Assembly (NCBI RefSeq): GCF_001194135.2
Contig: NC_069001.1
Location: 39,592,115 to 39,656,114, forward strand
Source of the DNA: Octopus bimaculoides
Taxonomy: Eukaryota
Reading direction: 5' to 3'
DNA length: 64,000 nt
Part shown: one piece after another, positions 39,916-51,512 of the stretch
How positions within the stretch are numbered: position 1 is the stretch's first letter
Layout of the letters: each line of letters opens with the position of its first letter
Notes under the pieces: generated by a model
What the model saw: only the letters and a program-made list of their open reading frames with translations
The model's database searches: none
Told to the model about the DNA's origin: nothing
Position numbers and translations under genes: made by a program

Positions 39916-41047
39916 CCTGAGAACTAAGTTAAGAGTACACTTCTCTGTGGGATACTCAGCCACCTGCATGTTAATTTCGCAAGCAAGTTGGTCCATTTAT
40001 CAAATCAACTGGAACCAATAGCATGCCAGACTTTCAATAGAAGCAACATTAAGATGCATTTCTAGATACATCCAGGAGTCGTGGAGTAAGGAAGGATCTT
40101 CTTAGAAATAAAAGATTTCTAATACGTTTCAGTTCTACATAGAGGCAGAGATGTGTCTGTGTGGTTAATATGTTCAATTCAAAGCAATGTACTTTTGAGT
40201 TCAATCCCAGTAAACAGCACTTTAGGCAAATATCTTTTGTTATAGCTTCTGGTCAACTGAAGCCTTTTCATTTAAATTTGCTGAACAGAAACTGTGGCAG
40301 TTTGTGAAGAAGGGGTCAGTTGTTGTGATGGACTTCATCCTTTGCCTTAAACCCCCCCCCCCTCTGGTGCTTTCGAAAGCCTTGGCTGCACAAATTTACA
40401 TGAAATCACAAAACAATAAAGAAAACCATAGAATTATGAAGTAATGTTCAATACTTTGTTATAATTGGGGTTGCTTAAATATGTTTTCCTCCAGGAGAAT
40501 GTGTTACCCGCTTCAAACAATTGTAAAAGAAAATGACATGTCATCATTATTGAAATTGTTGTTGATTGGTTCCTGATCAACAATTACTGAGTTGACTTAT
40601 GTTCAAAATCATTCCAACCAGGACCATCCTATTTTGGGTCTTTTTAGTCAGAGTACACCTAGGACTACATTATCCAATGTTTTCTTTTAACATTTTAAGG
40701 TAATGGAGAGTAAATGTAGAAGAGATTTAGCTGCTATTTTTCACAGGTCAAATGACCACATACCGGATCCCCTCATTAGTTCCTAACACCTGATGGTGTT
40801 GCTGTTGTTGTTGTTGCTAATATTCTTGTTGCTGCTGTCGCAGTTGTTTCTATTGTTTTATTTGTTATTTATTGATTAACTTTTTTATTGTTTGCTCCAG
40901 GGTGGCAAGGATGTGTGTAGGGGGGGGGGCATCAGCAGTTTATTAATTTACTAAATGCAATTAGTCGACATGATATTGGATTGGTTTACACTTTGGACAT
41001 CTAAAATATCCAAACTGTACATAACAATATCCATTAAGGCACATGTA

Positions 41048-41104
<57 letters not shown>

Positions 41105-41354
41105 GTTCTGTCAAGTAATGATCATATATATATCTACCTACCTTCACGCAACCTATATACATCTTCATCATTTATGTCCCCTTGAAAAGCATAAATGATG
41201 ACAATGTATAGGTATGTGTGTTGCATTAGTTTGTATCAAAATGTCCAGAACTTTCCATAAAATAAAGCAAAAATTTCCCAAAGCATTTCATTTCCAGTGC
41301 CACCCTTCTCTTCTTCCGGGTGGCTGTCAACTGCCAAGCAGCTTCCTATACCCA

Positions 41355-41620
41355 AAATCTACCATCTTCTGTAAAAGTTGTGACCACCACCACCCACTTG
41401 TGCAGCAAGCTCATGGGTTGTGACTTGTCTGTCCACTTGAATCATTTTGTCCACTCGCTGGCAATTCAAGCCAGTGGTCACAGTTGATTGTCTCCCACTG
41501 CATAGATTGTCTTCAATGCCGGTTGATTCTTCCTCTTTAAACTTCCTCATTCATCTGTGCATATTGCTGTTATGAGTTGTGCCATCTTTATAAACAATCT
41601 GTAGCCATCTGTGAAAACTG
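41355..41620 (-). mobile_element. Mariner transposase N-terminal remnant
   Basis: RKFKE..TGIEDNLCSGRQSTVTT..N.QRVDKMIQVDRQVTTHELAAQVG matches the mariner ED..RSGRPS...DRR.T..ELA segment. Confidence 0.7.
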
Positions 41621-42619
41621 AACGACCCACAACCCTCCTATATTGAGAATTCTGTGGCAAAACCTATTGTTTGCACCGAATGACAAAGAACAAGAAGAAT
41701 AGTTATAAGGGCAGAGTGTCACTCTCCCTCAAAGGGGAATTTCAATGACTAATATCAGTTAATAAAAAGAGCTAGGCCCACTTTTGTATTGATTTTGGTT
41801 CAACCCTCTTGGGTGGGTGGGTGTGTATCCTTCCTACCCTTACCTCTTTGTATCAATTTCTCTTTCTCTCTTTCTCTCTCTTTCTCTCTCTTTATTTTGC
41901 TCACTCTTTCCATTTTTCCCTGTATTTAATGTTCATTAACCACAGACTGACTCTGATTAAGCAGACCTATGATCGGACAGTCTAACCATGACCACTCCTT
42001 CTAAAACAATATTACTTAATATGTCCTTCCTTTTCTAACAACAATAAAGAGCAGGTCTGCTGGTATTTGAGCAACCACATAGAGGCTCCTTCATTCTCTC
42101 AAGTAGACTTGTCCCATGGCTTTGGTCTCTCGATGGTGTTTATTACTGAAAAGCTGGCACCCAACAGAACACTGGAGTCTGCTTATGTTCAGAGCCATCA
42201 ATATGGTAAACCACAGAGAGATTAATTAGAATCTTCGTTAGCTCTGTTCTGAATTGTTCTGTTGCTGTTTGATCGGCACGGTGTTTATGAGGCTCCATTC
42301 ATTAATGGTCGGCTTTAATTGTAGACGAGAAATTATACAAAACTAATTAGGAAGACAATAAAAGCCTAAACAAATTGGGCAAAGCTGGCAATGCCCTCAC
42401 TCTTGATGTTGTTCGTATGTCGAACCTGATTAAAAAATAGATGATTGGTTGGCATTAAGTGTTCTGGAGGTTTTTATGATGATGAACTGGAGTGATATGG
42501 ATTGGGTGGAAGGGGGGCAGGGAGGATTTATCAATAATCAATAATAACTTACTTCAAAATATTGGTTGTCAGAGTTTTGTTAGTAATTTAAGGGGTCGGG
42601 AACATTGGATGTTTGTCTT

Positions 42620-42806
42620 TTACTTGTTTCAGGCATTAGACTGTGGCCATACAAGGGCACCACCTTTAAAGGGTTTAATCGAATTGACCCCAGTACTTAC
42701 TTTTAAGTCTAGTATTTATTCTATCAGCCTCTTTTGTATTGAACCATTAAGTTATGAGGATGTAAACAAACCAACATCGGATGTCAAGCAGTGGTGAAGG
42801 ACAAAT
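42620..42806 (+). mobile_element. SINE-like family B copy
   Basis: ttacttgtttcag.cattagactgtggccat head, shared with 47995-48118, 52290-52388 and 57395-57580. Confidence 0.7.
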
Positions 42807-42914
42807 ATGACATACACATAAACACCCACACACACATACACCCCCCACACACATGTACATATATAAGCATATGTATACAAGGAACATGAACTTCAATGAT
42901 GATGATGATGATAT

Positions 42915-42954
<40 letters not shown>

Positions 42955-42961
42955 ACATATA

Positions 42962-43128
42962 TTGACAGAATGTTTTGCAGTATTTTGTCCATCTTTACAT
43001 TCTGAGTTCAAATCCAGCCTCAGTTGACTTTGCCTTTCATCCTTTCAAGGTCAATAGAATAAGGACCAGTTGAGCTCTGGGGGCGATATCATCAATTTTA
43101 TCCCCTCTTTTGAACCTGTTGGTTTTGT
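42962..43128 (+). mobile_element. SINE-like family A copy
   Basis: tctttacattctgagttcaaat...gttgactttgcctttcatcctttc. Confidence 0.75.
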
Positions 43129-43159
43129 ACTGATATATATATATATATATATATATATA

Positions 43160-43312
43160 ACAGGCTTCTTTCAGTTTCTGTCTATCAAATCTGCTCAGAG
43201 GGGGCTTTGGTCAATCCAGGACTAGAGTAGAAGACACTTGTCCAAGGAGTCCTGCAGTGAGACTGAACCCAAGATCACATGGTTGGGAAGCAAGCTTCCT
43301 AACTGCACAGCC
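43160..43312 (-). mobile_element. SINE-like family C copy (tRNA-like head)
   Basis: Reverse complement begins GGCTGTG..GTTAGGAAGCTTGCTTCCCAACCATGTG..CTTGGGTTCAGTC, with A/B-box-like motifs. Confidence 0.7.
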
Positions 43313-45350
43313 AAACCCTAGCCCAGCTTAAATCCAGTGCAACTGATGTATGATGAAAGACATTCCATCCATGGCCATCACGTTCTGTTAGGAATATCCA
43401 CATAGCTGTGTCCTTCAGAAGAAAGAAAGCTTAGCAAACTCAGGAATACCACTTCCAGGAGATTCTTCCTTTGACTCCCCAGAAATTTTTCTGATGATTC
43501 AAAAGGGAGTCTTCTAAAATGGCCTCCCCCAGATTTATTTTTTTATTCATGTCACTATTGCTCTATCACCAATATTGAGTACTTTAAAACCATTGGTGTC
43601 AGTAAATTGTACAAGTATTAATAAAATGTAATTTGAGGGAAGTTTAACTGTTATTTCTAGCACGTTGCATGTCCTCATAGAAGTTCTCTTGGAAAGGGTA
43701 AATAATAAAGAGAATTATTCCTAGTATTTCATTGCCTCCCCCCCTTTGATTCTTTAGAATTTCCAATCTGCCACAGCTGCTTCTACCTAATTATGTAGGG
43801 GGGTTGCATAAATTACTTTTGTACTTAATTAAAAAGCAATTGCCAATTAGGTTTGTAGGTACAAAAATGTTGTATTAAAATAGACTTTTTTATTAATATT
43901 ATTACATCAAGATGTTGCTGCATTGTTTAGCCCAATGTCAGCTCAAATCGGAAGACAATCCAACCGTGACCATCCCATCTAGTTTTGTTTTGCTGACACA
44001 TTCCACTGGGAACCAAATTATTCAATGTGTTATTCTCTCTTTTAAAAGACAGTATATTGTATATTGAAAGAGATTTATTTGCCATTTCTAGCAAGTCAAG
44101 CCACCACATAGAGGTTCTAACTCCAGCTTGACAAATTCCATGTTTCATGGGAGGTTTCCACTTTAAAACTGGAGATTTAACAATTTTAGGGTCTCGGGTG
44201 TTAGTAGCCAGAATTTCAGAGTGAAGAAAATATTTTTTTTTTATCTCTTTTACATGACTTCGGCAAAAAAGGGCAACATGCATGATTCTTTTAAAAGTCT
44301 CTATTACTTGTAGGAGGAAGGTATCTTGAGACCAGGGACCTCATCTGAATGTTTGCACGTAAGGAGACTCTGTTAAAGGGAGTAGATGGTGATGCTAAAC
44401 TGGGCAAAGGATTAGTCAGTCCCCCCCCCACCCCAATATAAGGACAGTCACTCTCTAAAGAGTTTCAGAACCACCAACCAAGTTGTAGGATTAAGAAGAT
44501 CCCTTCAGAAAGGCAAAGTTGACCCCAGCGGAATTTGAACTGAGAACTTTATATTAACAACAATAAACAACCACTTAACATCCGAATGAAATGCAGAAAA
44601 GAGAAAATATTTACATATCATATCCTCCATAATAAACCGCAGATAAACCAATTCTTAATCTCCCTTTATTCCCTAATCACCAAATATTTATACATTCTTA
44701 ATAAGGACCTTAACAAGTAGGTTTCATAGAATTCTTCCCATAAAATTTTCATAAAAGCTTTCCTTTAAAAAAAAAAATCGCCTCCTCTACAGAATTTATT
44801 CCATGGAAATTTTTATATCTTTCTATATATTTTCCCCATTGTTATGTGGCTGCCAAATTTAGAAGCAATAATTCCCACCATGTTTTATATATATAATCAC
44901 ATGATTTGGTGTGTATACAAGACATCATGTAATATTATTATTGCCAGTCACTTGAGAATCAAGTATGAGCAACTCCGAATAGAAACTCATAAAGACTTAG
45001 CTTTGAATAAATATTATCAACAAATATACACATGCTTGTATACATTCACACACATTTATGTATGTGTGTGTGTATATAATCGAAATGATCTCATAATGCA
45101 GGGAAATAAGTGCATAATCAAGTACCTGCATGCCTGGAGAACGTGGAAACAATTGTAGTGATTAAAAACTAAATGTCCAATCGTACTCCTTCTTGTTGAC
45201 TCCAATGTCTTCAGTTATCTATTCACACATGACAGACACCCAAACGCAACCTAGAAGTACATATAATACTACTACTGGACAGCAAAAGGTGAAATCTGAA
45301 GGTGAACGAGCCCTATACTGCACTCTACTACGTTCTTAGCAGAATATACC

Positions 45351-45392
<42 letters not shown>

Positions 45393-45809
45393 TACCAATT
45401 AAGCATTTGTAGAAAAACAAACTAAAATACTGATGTTTTTTGAGAAAGTTTCTTCTAATATTTGTTCTGCATTGAGTGACAGGTACTCCCTTGTCACTCT
45501 CAGTATCAGAAATGCACTGAACTGGTGATTGATCTATTGGAGACTAGTAATCAATATTGTTTATTGATCATCAGTTGTGATATAAATAAATAAAGAAAGA
45601 AATGTGATATTTGTTTTGCCAAGTTCATATAAAAACATCATATTTGACCCTTTTTATCTCAACAAATTTCAGAAATAAAGAATTCCCTTTTGTATTTTTT
45701 AAATACTGTCTTTACATTCTCAGTTCAAATTCCACCAAATATCAAACTAATTGAGGGTCTAGCCAACACAGTTGATAGCAACATTATAAACAAGGCATGA
45801 AGACAGGGA

Positions 45810-46245
45810 AAGCCCCTGGACCATCAAGAATCACTACCGAGACGATTAAAATTTCTGGTGGCATTGGATACAGTTTAGTCTCCCATATAGTTAATCAGGT
45901 TATTCAGGAAGGCACCATCCACGATGACTGGTTTAATAGTATGATAGTTAGCTGTTAGAAGGGTAAAGGTGATGTCTTAGATAGAAACAACTACAGAGGT
46001 ATTAAATTGCTAGACCAAGTCATGGAAGTTTTTGAGAGGGTTATAACTCAATTGATTAGAAATGGAATTAAACTAAGATGCAGTTTACTTTTGTACCTGG
46101 GAAGAGTACCTTAGATGCCATCTTCCTAGTGTGACAGCTGCAGGAAAAGTTCTTGACCAAAAGTAAGCCATTGTACTTAGCCTTTGTTCCCTGCTCTGTT
46201 ATATGGTGGTCTCTAAGGAAGTTAGGAGTAGAGGAGTGGTGCTCT
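45810..46245 (+). mobile_element. RTE-clade LINE reverse-transcriptase N-terminal fragment
   Basis: MKTGKAPGPS.IT.E.IKISG...KGKGD.LDRNNYRGIKLLDQVMEVFERVI...MQF.FVPGKST.DAIFLV.QLQEKFL.K.KPLYLAFV, with stops and frameshifts. Confidence 0.9.
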
Positions 46246-46589
46246 CAGTAAGATGAGAGTTGGCCATGAATACACTATGCCCAGCTCTCACTCCCCAATT
46301 GTGTTCCCTCTGTATCATTGCTATCCCTCTCCCTTGTAAGTATGCCTGGCACTTTGCCACCATCTCTATTCTGCTCTCTCTCTCTCTCTCTCTCTCTCCC
46401 CTCAGGTTGGGTAACTATGTATTTCCTTTGCAGCAGTGCACCTATTTCTGCCTTCATTCCTGATCTTTCTCTCTCTCTCAGCAAGACACCTGTTTCTATC
46501 TCTCTGCCTCACTATAACCTTTCATCATCCAACACATGATCATGTCCTCCAATGTCCCCCACCCTCCTGAATGTTTTTTTGTTTGTCTT

Positions 46590-46780
46590 TCAAGTCACTT
46601 GGGTGCCACTTAAAAGCACCCGGTCCACACTGTGAAGTGGTCGGTGTTTGGAAGGGCATCCAGCTGTAAAAAACCTGCCAAAACAGTTACAGAGGTCTGG
46701 TGCAGGCTTCTGCCTGGCCAGTTCTTGTCAAACCGTCCCACCCACACCAGCATGGAAGGCAAACGTTAAATGATGAGGAT
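46590..46780 (+). mobile_element. Family E (RTE-related 3' end) copy
   Basis: aaaagcacc...ggaagggcatccagctgta...cagcatggaaggcaaacgttaaatgatga. Confidence 0.75.
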
Positions 46781-46788
46781 TATTATTA

Positions 46789-47030
46789 TTAAGACGATGA
46801 GCTGGCAGAATCATCAGCACACTGGGCAAAATACCTAGCAGCATTTTGTCCGTCTTTATATTCTGAGTTCAAATTCCACTGAAGCCAACTTTGCTTTCGA
46901 TCCTTTTGGGGTCAATAAAATAAGTACCAGCTGTGTACTGGGGGGTCTACGTAATCAACTTACCCCCACTTGTGAACTTCCAGGCCTTGTGCCAAAATTT
47001 AGAACCGTTTGTTATTATTATTATTATTAT
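46789..47030 (+). mobile_element. SINE-like family A copy with (ATT)n tail
   Basis: aagacgatgagctggcagaa head; full body; ATT tail. Confidence 0.8.
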
Positions 47031-47129
47031 CATCATCTGTGCCTAATGAATGAGATTTAAAAACAAGGGAAACAAATGGTACATTTGCATTTGGCCATTT
47101 CTGCTATTTTTGAAGAACAAAAAATAAAA

Positions 47130-47173
<44 letters not shown>

Positions 47174-47651
47174 AAAATGTACCGAGTATCAACTGGTTGC
47201 ATTTCACTGCTGTTGTTTAGTATGCTAAGTCTTCTATACGGAAAATATTGATTAGTGTTTCACTAGTATATATCGGTAGCGATATTAGTAGTAGCTGCAT
47301 TACTGCTCAATGTTGCAGTATTCCACTTAAAACATACAAAAACAATAATGTACAGATTGTTGTCGGTTGTTTTTTTATATTTTCATTTTCTCTCCTTTTT
47401 TTTTTTTTTTTAACGCTTTCGTAGTAGTAGAGTCGTCAAAACTGACACTAGTTGAACTACTGTAACGGAATGAAGCAGTTCAATATTGTAATCGTTGCTT
47501 ATTTCCAACTCTATCTGGGGGTTTCCAAGCTGGGAGTGAGGAGGTGGTGACCTATATTAAGTCATGAAATCATTCTGTAAAGGTTGTGGAAAGTTGACCT
47601 TTTTACTTCTGGAATATTTGATTAAAATGGAAAGATGTTTGTACCAAGAAA

Positions 47652-47699
<48 letters not shown>

Positions 47700-48117
47700 A
47701 AAATATAAAGGAAGAAAGAGAATAAAGACAGGAGATTGGTGGGATTATGTTGGTGATATGAGATGTGAGGATATCACACTGCTGGCTTTTATCTAATAAA
47801 CATGGGTTGATATCATTACAACAATGTTATACAAGACACCACAATGTTGCCATCAGCTCATGGATTCTTTCATAATTACCAGTTCCTAGGAAGGAAGTCT
47901 CTCTGTTATTGTTCTCCCCAGCTAGAAGCAACAACCAAATCATATTCTACTCTTCCAAACAAAAAAAATTTTTTAAAGCATGGAAGAATATTATTTATAA
48001 TTTTGGTCTTTTACTTGTTTCATCTCTTGAACACTATGACCATGCTGGGGCACCACCTTAGTGGCTCTAGTGATCCTATTGGCAACTTATCAATCTCTGC
48101 TTATTGAGCCACAAGCA

Positions 48118-48167
<50 letters not shown>

Positions 48168-48178
48168 GCATATATATA

Positions 48179-48430
48179 TCGTCAGTAAATCATAAATCCG
48201 AAAGGGAAGCACAGCTCCAGGTTATAGAGCAGTAGAGTACTTAAAGAAAGATACTTATGGCTGGTCAATGGGTCTACAGCACTTAGCTTTACATACGTCT
48301 CATCAGACATTGATGGTCATTCGCTTACAACCTCTATTTTCAAGAGAGGTTATTGGCCACCAGCCATTAAGGTCTGATGAGACGTATGTAAAGCCATGCT
48401 CTTTATGGATGCGAAACCCTGGGTAACCCA
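48179..48430. mobile_element. Second, right-truncated member of the palindromic HHR-bearing family (cf. 5751-6123)
   Basis: Starts TCGTCAGTA and shares gaagcaca, tagagcag and ttatggc.ggtca with the 5751 left arm. Perfect 23-bp inverted repeat at 48286-48308 / 48372-48394. Confidence 0.7.
48371..48428 (+). ncRNA. Minimal type-I hammerhead ribozyme motif with intact core
   Basis: Stem I GGT/ACC; CTGATGA (48374-48380); long stem II G(A)CGT..TGTAAAG/CTTTATG..ATGC; GAAA (48413-48416); stem III ACCC-T-GGGT; predicted GUA cleavage after 48425. Confidence 0.65.
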
Positions 48431-48443
48431 AAGAGAGAGAGAG

Positions 48444-48480
<37 letters not shown>

Positions 48481-48662
48481 CTTCTGAACTATCAGATTTT
48501 ACTTACAAAGCAGACTTGGAGCTGTGGTAGAAGACACCCAAATCATTGCTGAGGCTAAACAAACAACATACAAGTTTATAATACAGTTCTATATTTAAGA
48601 GATGAGGAATTATGTACATTATTTACATTTGATGGATATTTGTCCTCATCTTGTTTGCTGTT

Positions 48663-48708
48663 AACACAACATTTCGGTTGATATACCCTCCAGCCTTCAT
48701 CAGGTGCC
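48663..48708 (-). ncRNA. Minimal type-I hammerhead ribozyme motif (minus strand)
   Basis: rc: GGCAC-CTGATGA-A-GGCTG(gagggtatat)CAACC-GAAA-TG-TT-GTGTT. Confidence 0.55.
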
Positions 48709-48851
48709 CATGGGTATATGGTGTAGTGCTTCAGAACACGGGCTACTAACCCCAAGATTCCGAGTTCGATTCCAGGTAGTGACCTGAATAATAACAACAA
48801 CAACATCGAAAAATACCTTAGCAATGAGAACCCAGGTTCATAATTTCCCAA

Positions 48852-48897
48852 GACACCTGATGAAGGCTGAAGGGGATATCAGCTGAAATGTTGTGTT
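48852..48897 (+). ncRNA. Minimal type-I hammerhead ribozyme motif
   Basis: GACAC-CTGATGA-A-GGCTG(aaggggatat)CAGCT-GAAA-TG-TT-GTGTT; stem I GACAC/GTGTT, stem II GGCTG/CAGCT. Confidence 0.6.
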
Positions 48898-49529
48898 AAC
48901 AACAAACAAGATGAGGACAAATATCCATCAAATGTAAATAATGTATGCAAGTTTCTATTGTTAAAATATTCAATTCCTTTAATAAACCGATCATCTAAAG
49001 ATAAATTCTGCATCATTATCTCTTACCTGTTTCAGTCATAGTACTGTGGCCATGCTGTGGCATTAATTCTCATCTAAATTAGATTTCAGTTAAAAACAAA
49101 AAAAGCTGGAAGAGAAATTTTTAAATATTTCACAACAAAAGTAACTACAAAAATAAACTAAATAAATTTTTGAAATAGATAATTATGTTGAGCTGCTTCA
49201 TTAAAGATAATGAGTGGTTCAAATTAAAATGAATCAGGATCCTGGTGTTCTACCTGTATTAAGGTCATTCAGAACATTTTCAAATATTTTCATGAATCCA
49301 TCCATATTGTCCAACTGGGCATCAGTAAGGTTCAGAAGTTCGTGGGGCAAATGTGTGGTTTTTGGTTCCAGTCTTCTCCTCAGTACCTTGTCTTCTACCA
49401 TAATTTCTCTGAATCAACCAAATACTTGTGAATAGAAGTGGAGAGACAGAAACTGTGAAGCCAATGAAAGTTTGTTGGAAGGCTGCCTTCTCTGTTTTTG
49501 GATGACAGACTTGTTCGCCAACCAGTTTG

Positions 49530-49710
49530 AAACCCTTGGGTACCTGCAGTAGAGCCCTATCTGTATCCACCTGGTTTAGCACCCTCACCAAGTCCCTGGG
49601 TATCTGTAGCAAAGTCTATTCTATAGTCACCTGGTTTAACATCCTCAACAGATTACCAGGTCCTTGGGTATCTGCACCAGAGTCTACTCTAAGGTCACAT
49701 GCCAGTCAGT
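49530..49710. repeat. Three diverged tandem copies of a ~60-68 bp unit
   Basis: cc.tgggta.ctg.a..a.ag....t.t....cacctggttta.ca.cctca recurs. Confidence 0.8.
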
Positions 49711-50215
49711 AGGCCCACTACCCACTCTATTTTATATTTTTAATTAATGCAGTTTCTGAAATTGTCTCCCAGAATTAAGATATTTAGTTATTATTTCCCT
49801 GCCTTTTTGGACCATAATTAATTAACATAACGGTTCTTCCACCCTGCTACAGTTGTAATTTTAATTAAACACTTCTCGATTCCTTCTTTTAGATATGTTA
49901 GAAATCACTTTACCAAATTTGATGATCTCTCTGTTATATTCAGTTTTCTTCACACAAAGGAATTCTTTCTGATGAGTTTCCCACCCTGACATTCCGGCAA
50001 GAATTCTGCAGGAATTTAATAGCGCGTGTCTAATGACAGCAGCACGTAGAATCTTTGAGCTCAGATAACCATTCTACCACTATCACCTGCCCCACACAGC
50101 AGGAGAGAATTGTTGTTAGGGAAATATTCAAAAACAATGTGCATCTTTAAATAGAAATTATGAACAACACCCACTTTGGTAGGAAATTTATACACACACA
50201 CACATACATACATAC

Positions 50216-50263
<48 letters not shown>

Positions 50264-50809
50264 GCACACACACATGTAAATGATAGTGGGAGTGGTGGTT
50301 ATGATTTGTTAAATGCACATGTCCATGTAAATTCTTCTTCTCATATATCGCAGTGGTATCGATCCATACCAACAGATATTCACTCCGGCAACATATCACT
50401 AAAGTAACTGAAAACCAAATTATTGATCAAAAACTCAATCTTCTCTCATGTGAACTTGAACAGTTTTTACAATTACTCCTGGCTGCATGTGATGGCTGTA
50501 ATTGTAGAGGTTTCTCTCCAACTCTGTTGCATCAGCATCAGCATCACCATCATCATCATGTTGTAGGAGAAGGCCACAGCAATCCTTCTCTGACCATCAC
50601 AAATTTCATAAGTAATTGTAGTCTCATGGCTGATTTGCCATGAACAACAGCAGGAACTGAAATGCTAAAAACTTAACTCAGAATATAAAGAATTGTGATA
50701 GATACCACAAAGGCCTTTGTTTTGATGCTCTACTGACTCTGGCTATTAGATGTGTGTGTGTGTGTGTGTGTGTGTAATGTGTGTCTGTGTGCATGCGCGC
50801 ACACATGCT

Positions 50810-51010
50810 TTGATTATCACCGTTTAATGTCCATTTTTTGTGCTGGTACGAGTTGAAGAATTCAATAAGATCTGACTTGGTTGAGAGCTTCAATGTCTGC
50901 TTTGGCAAGCTTTCCAGAACTGGATGCCCTTCTTAATGCCAACCACTTTACAGAATGTACTGAGGGCTTGTTTTTATTTCTTCTGGCACCAGCACCAGTA
51001 AGATCGGCAA
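50810..51010 (-). mobile_element. Family E (RTE-related 3' end) copy, degenerate
   Basis: accgtttaatgtcc...actggatgcccttcttaatgccaaccactttacagaatgtactg. Confidence 0.65.
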
Positions 51011-51374
51011 GTAACTTGCAAGACACTCTTGGAGAGACTCGGGGTGCAGTATTGAAAGAAGTGGTTTGTGCCAGGTATTGAGAGGCGTGCTCAGTGTCTC
51101 TGTAGCAGACCTGCTAAGTTTAAAACAAAATTTCCCATTGGCTCTTTGTTCCTGTCCCATGTCAAAAGCACAGACTACAACATACACATGTGATCACAAA
51201 AACACAAATTTCATGAATTGCAAAATAAACACAGTAATGTCACTCAGCACACCACCTCACTAAGAACACTACTAGCTCTCACTGCGCAAGCAACTATGTG
51301 CTGTCATCTGTTGGTGTGCTACAGAACTAGTATGGGAACTTTTTGATACTACCTCGTAACATTATGGTCTTTTA

Positions 51375-51512
51375 ATTTCCATCTATCAAATTCAGCCACA
51401 AAACATTGGTCATTCCAGGCCTATGGTGGAAGACACTTGTCTAAGATGCCACACTGTGGGACTGAACCTAAAACCATGCAGTTGGGAAACAAACTTCTTA
51501 ACATTACAGCCA
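51375..51512 (-). mobile_element. SINE-like family C copy
   Basis: ggtggaagacacttgtctaagatgccacactgtgggactgaacc...ttgggaaacaaacttcttaac. Confidence 0.7.

Larger units (their letters stand above)
48576..48945. mobile_element. tRNA-headed SINE-like element with a hammerhead-bearing tail plus an inverted copy of the tail at its 5' side
   Basis: A-box-like 48719-48729, B-box GAGTTCGATTCC 48762-48773; 92-bp inverted arms 48615-48706 / 48854-48945. Confidence 0.8.

Noticed and set aside
48712-48790. Functional tRNA gene
   Set aside because: The A-box and D-arm are degenerate, no proper acceptor stem or terminator was seen, and it is embedded in a repeat; treated as a SINE head
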